This document shows, piece after piece, positions 55,931 to 64,000 of a stretch of DNA of 64,000 bases (position 1 is the first letter of the stretch; the number at the start of each line of letters is the position of its first letter). Source of the stretch: Pecten maximus (taxonomy: Eukaryota); the NCBI RefSeq assembly GCF_902652985.1, contig NC_047015.1:34100001-34164000 (forward strand). The letters run 5' to 3'. The translations under genes and the position numbers were made by a program. The notes under the pieces were generated by a model. The model saw nothing but the letters and a program-made list of their open reading frames with translations. It was not told the origin of the DNA and ran no database searches.

Positions 55931-57072
55931 TGCTATCTAACTTTCTCTTCAAAAAAATAATTAACCAATGCATGATTCCTTGTATTTAAACCTGCTAAAA
56001 TCGGCGATATTTTAATGACCTATTTTCAAAACATATGATAACCTTAATGAAATGTCTTCAACGATGATATTATCAAGTCCCTCAAACTTTATTATTTTTC
56101 TTATTGTTGTTCTTCTTTCCATTACAATTAAGTTTTTTTCATAAAATATAAAATGTCTTGAATGCCTTTGATACAAGAAATTCCCGCAGATGAACTTCTA
56201 CTTATCCGAAAGTTGTTTGTTCTATTGGGTAAAGAGAACCATTAAGTTCCAATAATTATTTTTACCATACCTCTTTACTGTATCTGTACTGAGTAAATTT
56301 TCCATTGAATTGTTCGTAAAAAAACACATTTTGTAATGTATATTTCGAAATTATCATTGTTCGAATTTGAGTATTAGCACGCCATAACCAAAACGGTAAG
56401 GGTCGAATTTGGATCTTTCCTTTGCCTATCATAGAACCTAACGATGTTACCCTCCAGGGAATTATATTGTAATTCATATTTTAAAAATCCATTCTCGTTA
56501 CTATGACCTGTTGTTTTACTCAAAAGCAATTGGTTCAGTTGATAAGTAGCTCTAAATATAATTCTTACAGTGGTACTTTTATCTTGAAGGTTTGCTTGCC
56601 CAGGTCAGCTTACTAACCTTACTTATGTAAGCAGTTGACATAAATTACTTTCTTGCGTGTACTGTGAACATTTTATCAAATCATGGAATTTGAATTCGTG
56701 GATCAAGAACGCGTACCCTCGAAATAACGAAAGTTGATACAACATCCCCAACCCCCACACGAAAATTAATGATTTTACACTAATTGATTAACAATAGCCT
56801 CTAAGTAATTGTGTAATGAACGGATATTTATCATTTAAAAAAACTACCCTAGTGTTTAGAAGCAGAGTATAGCAGCTAACAATCGGCGATTTCATATAGT
56901 GGTTAGACAGCGTAAGGGGAACAACTCTCTGTGTCTACAACTGACTTGACTGTCACAGCCTGAAAAACATAATCATGGTTATGTCGATATGTAATATAAT
57001 ATAGTCTTAATTAGAGGCTCGGTATATCTAGCATATATCAGTATCAAAACAGAAATGTTTTCGATATCATAT

Positions 57073-57883
57073 TGTAGTATTTTTCTATATTAGTGTAGTA
57101 TTTTTCTATGTTTCTATTTACTCTTATACCATCTTTGCTTTAGGAATTTTAATAGCCCGTCAATCTGTTGACCGTTGGTAATTAGATGGGGAGGGACACG
57201 TCGGGATGATATCCCGTGAAGTAATCAATTCACCACGCCCGTGGCAGTAACCGTCTGCCCGGCTCCTGTTCATGTTTATTGCCCCTGTCAGAGAGGTATT
57301 AACCGCCTCTCATCCCTATTACCCACTACAAATGGCTGGACCTGTCTGGGAGCTCCAGCGATGCCCCATCTATATTACACATGGTCAACATTTACTCGCG
57401 GCTAATTGTTTTTCTAAGTGTTATGTACATTGTTATTTACACATTTAAGTCACAGGAGCGGAAGGCTCCGGTACAGGTGTGCACCGCTCCGGCAGGGCTC
57501 CGGCGCTCCGTTAGCGCTCCGTTAGGTTTTGGTATAAAGGGGTGAAAGCGAGAGCGGAGGCGGAGTTCAAGCCGGAGAGTTCAGTTCAGAGAGGGAGATC
57601 GTGGAGTTGAGTTCAAGCCAGAGAGTGTTAGGTGTTACTTTGCTGGATGTTGCTACGTATGCTGATGAAAGCGAGAGCGGTGTTGCCTTTTATATATGCT
57701 CTGTACACTGCTGATGTTGCTGAATACATAGACTGAAACTTTACGACGGTGTTGAATTGTGTTTCTCGACGACCCACACTACTTAATTCTAAACTCGGTG
57801 GCGGGTGTCTGACGCTACCTCGAGGACACCTACCGAGGGCTGCGGGACTTTGAGTATATAGTTCCCCGGCTATTTTCGCTACA
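57073..57883 (+). mobile_element. Solo LTR (811 bp), probably Gypsy-type
   Basis: TGTAG...CTACA inverted termini, 4-bp TSD ATAT on both sides, GC/CpG-rich body, TATAAA at ~57533, AATACA at ~57723. Confidence 0.85.
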
Positions 57884-59209
57884 ATATGTTATACTATGTT
57901 TATATAAAGGTTTTTCAGCAAAAGACGGTTGTTTATCATGTTTATCTAGCTATAACGAGCGAAGGGCTTAAAGATTATTCAAATGAATGACATTGGCCTT
58001 CATTCTAGGTCACAATGGTCAAATATGATAAAATATTTAAACGACTTCTTTTCATTAAGCAAGAGGCCCAAAGACCTGACATTTGGGCATTTAGCATGCT
58101 GGGATTAAGAGCTGCAAGACTGTTCAAATAAATGACATTGACCTTCATTCAAGGTCACAATGGTCAAATATACTAAAATCTTTAAATGACTTCTTTTCAT
58201 TAAGCAAGAGGTCCCGAGAGCTATCAGTTTTGGTTCGCGGTGAGCAATGCAATATATATCTATATATCGCATCCGTGCGTAGCCTGTTTTACCATCCTCA
58301 AATTCAGTTTCGTACGACTCAAACCCCAGATTAATCGATTTTTTTCATTATGACACCCCTCTCACCCAGTTATGCCAATATTGACTCCTGCCAAATCCAC
58401 AAAACGTGTCCATGTTGATGTTTTGAATGACAGACGACAAAGGGAATAAGTGAGAGAGGTAAAAGTAATCCGTGGTCAAAAAGACCAGGGGTTAGCCAAT
58501 CAGAATTATTGGAGGTCACAAATGACCAATCGATGGATCTGAAAGTGGTTACACACCACGGTGTAGAAACACGTGCCATATCGGTTATGAAACAAGCGTA
58601 GTTATGGGATAAACATGGTTAAGCGCCTAAACGGGTAAAGATGATTATGTGTCTCTGTCCCGTGACATCAATACGGATACAATGATAGTTTTTACCATTC
58701 AAACAGGGAATGTTTTCATTTAAAAATGTCATTTTACAATTGTCAAATCAAAGCGGAAAAAAAGCTTATTATAATTTGAAAATATAAAAGTTTACGTTAC
58801 CTGAATAAAGATGTAGGAGATATAGGTCTTCTGAAATTGGTGAAATCGGCATTATGTATATGCAAGAGAGTAAATTTGATAAGGAAACGTTTACCTTAAC
58901 AGATTTTTGTTTAAATCAAAACTTTTCCGTCCAAGAATCGGTCTTTGCATTCTCTTTGTAAAAGAAAGTGTATAAACCCTTCAAATAATTGCAAAATATT
59001 GTAATCAGAGCAAATGATGTCATGTGATAGGGATTTAATGGTCTATTTCAAATTAAGTCTGTTCTTGTCAAAGCAAAATCAGATGAAGCAGAAGACGCTT
59101 ATCTTTTGGAACACATGGTCTTATTATCCTTGAACTGTTACAAGTATCTCCATGCAGGCTATCTTTATTTGGGTGTCTTCTCAGTTCCTATTGTATTTAC
59201 GAATTATTA

Positions 59210-59530
59210 ATGTATCCTCAATTCCTGTTGTTGATAGTTACCTTTTCCCCTGTGTCTCCTCAGTTCCCGTTGTTTAGTTACTTTTCCCTTTGTATCTCCT
59301 CAGTTTTCGTTGTTTAGTTACTTTTCCCTTTGTATCTCCTCAGTTTTCGTTGTTTAGTTACTTTTTCCCTGTGTCCCCTCAGTTCCCGTTGTTTATAGTT
59401 ACTTTCCCCTGTGTCTCTTCAGTTCCAGTTGTTTAGTTACTGTCCCCCCTGTGTTTCCCCTGTGCCTTCTCAGTTCTCGTTGTTTAGTTACTTTTCCTCC
59501 TGTGCCTTCTCAGTTCCCATTGTTTAGTTC
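59210..59530. repeat. ~38-bp minisatellite (copy B)
   Basis: Same unit as 55430-55930. Confidence 0.92.
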
Positions 59531-59699
59531 TGTGTTACATAACACCAGGTTATGACAAATCCATATTGAAAATTATTATGATGTTCAGTGACAATATCGT
59601 TCCTATACGGAAATAAACAGTGCCGTTTTTGTTAATCTTTAAAGTCATAGTTATTTTAATACCCTTCCTTTTTCAGTTTCTAATTAGGCCTAGTGTAGC

Positions 59700-59815
59700 G
59701 AAAAATAATCCATCCGGAACTTTCACCGTCAAGTTTAACATTTAGTTTTACCCAAGATGGCGGCGCCCTGTAGAGTTATAGAAACGTGGAAAGAGCATGT
59801 TCAGTGTTATTACTG
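59700..59815 (+). promoter_or_regulatory. Probable BMS1 promoter and non-coding first exon
   Basis: ETS-like CCGGAA (59714), YY1 consensus AAGATGGCGGC (59754-59764), CpG-retaining sequence, donor TG|GTAAGA at 59816. Confidence 0.6.
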
Positions 59816-60276
59816 GTAAGACCAACGACCCGTGGTTAAGTCTTGAGTTTTGTTGATTTCCGATAGCCACCTTTCAATTTTAGGTTTATTTTCTTCTTAG
59901 TTTCTTACTTTGATTATGTTTTAACCCGACATATATCATGCCATGTGCATCGCAGTGGTTTCTTATGACGTTATGTTATAGGAATACCAACCTCCCATCT
60001 TAAACAGCTCTAAAATCAGATATGCTATGATCAGGTTATTATAAATATAGTCTACTGAAAATAACATATATAAATGATTTAAGTCACTAAAATCGGCGAG
60101 AATTGGGACTGCATGATTATCTTTTAATCTTTCAGATTTTTTTTTCAATTCATAGCACATTCACGGACCCACATTCACATTGTTATCATGTTGTAATAAC
60201 CTTAGTTTTGTTTCATTACAGATTGAATTGAATAGCATGTATATATAGTGGAAGTCAGTACAAAAAAAAACAAAAA

Positions 60277-60446
60277 ATGGAGGATCAGGCTCATTCTGTG
60301 AAAAAGCATCGCCAGCCAAAATCGGGGCCAAGTGCTGACAAAAAGAAAGCAAAAAACAAACATGTTCAAGAACTTACAGCGCAACAGAGAAACCCCAAAG
60401 CTTTCTCTATCCAGCATGCTGTTAAAACAAGCAGACTAGTTCAGAG
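60277..60446 (+). CDS. BMS1: BMS1 ribosome biogenesis GTPase, first coding exon
   Basis: MEDQAHSVKKHRQPKSGPSADKKK...QRNPKAFSIQHAVKTSRLVQR contains the conserved BMS1 motif RNPKAF. Acceptor at 60221, donor AG|GTAGG at 60447. Confidence 0.92.
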
Positions 60447-61126
60447 GTAGGTCGCATGGTCACAGGTCAATAAAAAATACATAAGATGTAATACATGAAT
60501 ATATATATGTTCTCATTGTCCATGGTCAAAATAAAAATAATTTGTTCCAAATACATATTATTTTTGCTTCATTTTCCTTGAAATATTAATCAAGTGGAAA
60601 ATGACAGGTCCAATGTTTATGCCAACAGCTGCTTTAAGGAGATGATAAGTGTTGTATATTACCGTCAGTGTGAATACCTAGTGATATATACTGGGAAATG
60701 CACCAAACGGGATGAGAATCAAAGTTAAGGAAACATCTTAACACAATGATATGACTATAAATAGAGACTACAAAGTTTCTACAAGTGATTTAATAACTGA
60801 AACAGTAATAGTTAGAGCCTAGAGGTTGATGATACTCTTTGAAACATGACCATAACAGCAATTATGACATCTAGTTGTGTCTTTCTTTTAGTGGACTAAT
60901 CTGATTTGACAATTTTCAAAAGAGTAATAGAAGATAATGAAGTTTTTCGTAATGTCTGTAGAACTGCTTACTCATTAATTTCATTGAAACTTTTCATAGT
61001 TTTGCTTTCTTACAGGCATGCCATTATTTAACAGATTCTCATATTTCATATTTTTTTTATTATTAAGTTTCATGTGAAAAAATATTTTAGTTTAAGCCAA
61101 ATCAATAAATCCAAATGTGTTGACAG

Positions 61127-61317
61127 ATCACAGGACATCAAAACCAAGAAAACACACATCCCATTGGTGGATAGGACACCGATAGAACCTCCGCCTATCG
61201 TTGTGGGGATTGTGGGCCCCCCTAAAGTGGGAAAGACAACTTTGCTGCAATGTCTAGTTAAAAACTATGCCAAACAGCGACTTAGCAATGTTGAAGGACC
61301 TGTCACTGTTGTTGCTG
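61127..61317 (+). CDS. BMS1: BMS1 coding exon 2 (P-loop)
   Basis: DIKTKKTHIPLVDRTPIEPPPIVVGIVGPPKVGKTTL; splice phases are consistent with the neighbouring exons; donor G|GTGAG. Confidence 0.95.
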
Positions 61318-61775
61318 GTGAGTTGATAGGGGCTTTCTCTGATTATTGAATACATATTCTGTGTTTAACCTTCTAAACTCTATTATTTGATTTGCTTATG
61401 ATTTAATTTTTCGCATGTTTATTTTTTGCGGAAAAAACTTGTGCAAATTATCAAAATTTAATGTTTGGATCTGTAGGATTACATGGTTAATTAAGATGTC
61501 TATTATTTGGGTTCACCATATAACATGGAAATACAATGTATCTGTATTGTTCAAAATACAATGTATCAATATTTTTCAAAATACAATGTATGATCAATAT
61601 TCTTCAAAATACAATGTATCAATAATGTTCACTAACTGATGTCAGAAAGTTGTGCTACTGTGTCAATAGTATATAAACAGCATTATTGTGTCAAGCTTGA
61701 CATTTCTGACAGTACATTTAGACAAATTAAATAATTTATTTTGAACATGTTTTTTTTTCTTCTTTTTTTTTTCAG

Positions 61776-61855
61776 GCAAAAACAGAAGACTGACACTCTT
61801 AGAGTGTAAGAATGATATCAACACTATGATAGATATAGCCAAGGTGGCTGATCTG
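61776..61855 (+). CDS. BMS1: BMS1 coding exon 3
   Basis: GKNRRLTLLECKNDINTMIDIAKVADL; poly-T acceptor ttcAG; donor GTGAG. Confidence 0.95.
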
Positions 61856-61879
61856 GTGAGTGATAAAAGTAAAACTAAA

Positions 61880-62705
61880 TACAGAGCCAAACCTATATAT
61901 AGCTAGCTATAATAGACAGGGTATCTACTGTATGTCAAAGTGTGAGACTTAACAGAGCCAAACCTAGCTATCATAGACAGGGTATCTATACTGTATGTCA
62001 AAGTGTGAGACTTAACAGAGCCAAACCTATCTACCATAGACAGGGTATCTGTACTCTATGTCAAAGTGTGAGACTTAACAGAGCCAAACCTAGCTACCAT
62101 AGACAGGGTATCTGTACTGTATGTCAAAGTGTGAGACTTAACAGAGCCAAACCTAGCTATCATAGACAGGGTATCTGTACTGTATGTCAAAGTGTGAGAC
62201 TTAACAGAGTCAAACCTAGCTATCATAGACAGGGTATCTATACTGTATGTCAAAGTGTGAAACTTAACAGCCAAACCTAGCTATCATAGACAGGGTATCT
62301 GTACTGTATGTCAAAGTGTGAGACTTAACAGAGCCAAACCTAGCTATCATAGGGTATCGGTACTGTATGTCAAAGTGTGATACTTAACAGAGCCAAATCT
62401 ATCTATCATAGACAGGGTATCTATACTTACTGTATGTCAAAGTGTGATATTTAACAGAGCCAAACCTATCTATCATAGACAGGGTATCTATACTGTATGT
62501 CAAAGTGTGAGACTTAACAGAGCCAAACCTAGCTATCATAGACAGGGTATCTATACAGTATGTCAAAGTGTGAGACTTAACAGAGCCAAACCTAGCTATC
62601 ATAGACAGGGTATCTATACTGTATGTCAAAGTGTGAGACTTAACAGAGCCAAACCTAGCTATCACAGACAGGGTATCTGTGCTGTACTTTATCAAAGTGT
62701 GATAC
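61880..62705. repeat. 63-bp minisatellite in a BMS1 intron, ~13 copies
   Basis: cagagccaaacctagctatcatagacagggtatctatactgtatgtcaaagtgtgagacttaa. Confidence 0.96.
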
Positions 62706-63029
62706 CTAATACCCATGCTAGTAGCTAACATGACATGGTTTGGGATTTACCTCTTTGGTAAATTTGGGACAATAACTTGAAAATGATGAATATTAAATCA
62801 TTGAAATCATTATCCATTATACATTGATTATTATAAATAAGAGCATATTTGATGATTTATTGATGTAAACTGGTAATAACTGTATAGATATCAGAAACTT
62901 TGAGAGTCTGAAATTGTCTGGATTTCAAAATAAACTGAGGTTTATTTGATCACAAAGTGCCAGTTGCAGGATTTACTGAATATCTGCTGGTTCATTCCTG
63001 AAAGACTCCCCTGCTGTTTTTTGGCCAAT

Positions 63030-63301
63030 ATATCTAACCAGAGTCTAGACTAATTATACACTACAGAGTAACAGGTAGTCATACTAGAATGATATATCTA
63101 ATCAGACTAATTATACACTACAGAGTAACAGGTAGTCATACTAGAATGATATATCTAATCAGACTAATTATACACTACAGAGTAACAGGTAGTCATACTA
63201 GAATGATATATCTAATCAGACTAATTATACACTACAGAGTAACAGGTAGTCTGAAGTCATACTAGAATGATATATATAATCAGACTAATTATACACTACA
63301 G
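63030..63301. repeat. 57-bp minisatellite in a BMS1 intron, ~4.5 copies
   Basis: ctacagagtaacaggtagtcatactagaatgatatatctaatcagactaattataca; unrelated to the 57-mer at 7395. Confidence 0.94.
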
Positions 63302-63334
63302 GGTTAATTTTACAATTTTTAATCTTAAATTTAG

Positions 63335-63523
63335 GTTTTGTTGCTGGTTGATGCAAGTTTTGGGTTTGAAATGGAGACGTTTGAATTCCTCAACATCTGC
63401 CAAGTCCATGGATTCCCACGCATCATGGGCGTGCTCACTCACCTTGATGCTTTCAAAGACAATAAACGCATGAGGAAGACGAAAAAACGCCTCAAACACA
63501 GGTTTTGGACAGAAGTATATCAG
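63335..63523 (+). CDS. BMS1: BMS1 coding exon 4 (gene continues beyond the window)
   Basis: VLLLVDASFGFEMETFEFLNICQVHGFPRIMGVLTHLD...RLKHRFWTEVYQ; donor CAG|GTAAG. Confidence 0.96.
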
Positions 63524-63774
63524 GTAAGATCTTCAGTTTGGGAAAGATTTTTTTAAGACACAACTTTTGTTGAACAGAAAAACAGTTTACAATTGTGTAC
63601 ATGCAGAATGTTCCAATTCTATCTAAACTGAGACTTGTAAAGTATTATTCTGAATTTTTTTCATAGCTGTTGTTGAAGCAGTCAGGAACACTGAAAGTGA
63701 TTCAAAGTCAATAAATGAAAAGTGTTTATAGGTATGATGACTTAACAATGCAAAGAGGCAAATATTTATAAATG

Positions 63775-64000
63775 TGTAGCTGAACTGGACTGGGATGAAC
63801 TCCGACGACAAGTTAGCTCAATTGGTTGTGCATCTGTCTAGTGTTCGGAGGTCCCAGGTTTGAACCCCGGTCTGGAAGTGGATTTGTCCTCTCCTATTAT
63901 ATATGGTGCCCAACTAAATACCCACAGAGGTGATATAGGGCCTCTTGTCTGTCTTCAGGGGTCAAAGACTTTGTTGAAGGAGGGAGGAATGTAGCAGAAC
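63775..64000 (+). mobile_element. TRIM-type miniature LTR retroelement with tRNA-derived LTR (truncated by the window end)
   Basis: 5' LTR tgtagctgaac...(63775-~63901) contains A box TAGCTCAATTGG (63814) and B box GGTTTGAACCC (63857). PBS TGGTGCCCAAC at 63904, PPT gaaggagggaggaa at 63976-63989, and a second LTR start tgtagcagaac at 63990. Confidence 0.72.

Larger units (their letters stand above)
53754..59530. repeat. Tandem segmental duplication: copy A 53754-~55930, copy B 56069-~59530
   Basis: Near-identical blocks starting attatcaagtccctcaaac at 53754 and 56069; paired ORFs 53947/56262 and 54822/58370; both copies end in the same ~38-bp satellite. Confidence 0.93.

Noticed and set aside
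53947-56477. Two near-identical 71-aa ORFs as paralogous small genes
   Set aside because: Identity is explained by the recent segmental duplication; there is no coding signature.
61942-62731. Four repeat ORFs in the BMS1 intron
   Set aside because: Translations of the 63-bp minisatellite.
63807-63880. Functional tRNA gene
   Set aside because: The acceptor stem is mispaired, the B box is mutated (TTTGA), and it is embedded in LTR-PBS-PPT architecture.

Overview
This is AT-rich eukaryotic DNA with introns and many repeats. The repeat and gene types suggest a bivalve mollusc (inference). There is no prokaryotic operon, CRISPR array or rRNA. Three protein-coding genes are supported. (1) A + strand gene with two coding exons (22719-22866 and 34987-36083, ~12 kb intron) encodes a 414-aa protein with an N-terminal myristoylation motif, a probable beta-propeller and a C-terminal SOCS box. 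(2) A - strand gene with one coding exon (51598-53283) encodes a RING-less B-box/coiled-coil/NHL-like TRIM-type protein. (3) The 5' part of BMS1 (ribosome biogenesis GTPase) starts at 60277 on + and runs out of the window. The rest comprises more than 10 unrelated minisatellite arrays, Helentron-type non-autonomous elements, TA-flanked Tc1/pogo-type MITEs, a Tc1 transposase relic, a solo LTR with an ATAT target-site duplication and a tandem segmental duplication (53754-59530). The most striking non-genic structure is at the window end (63775-64000): a miniature LTR retroelement (LTR-PBS-short core-PPT-LTR) whose LTR contains a tRNA-like Pol III promoter. Most ORFs in the supplied track are spurious or are read through tandem repeats.
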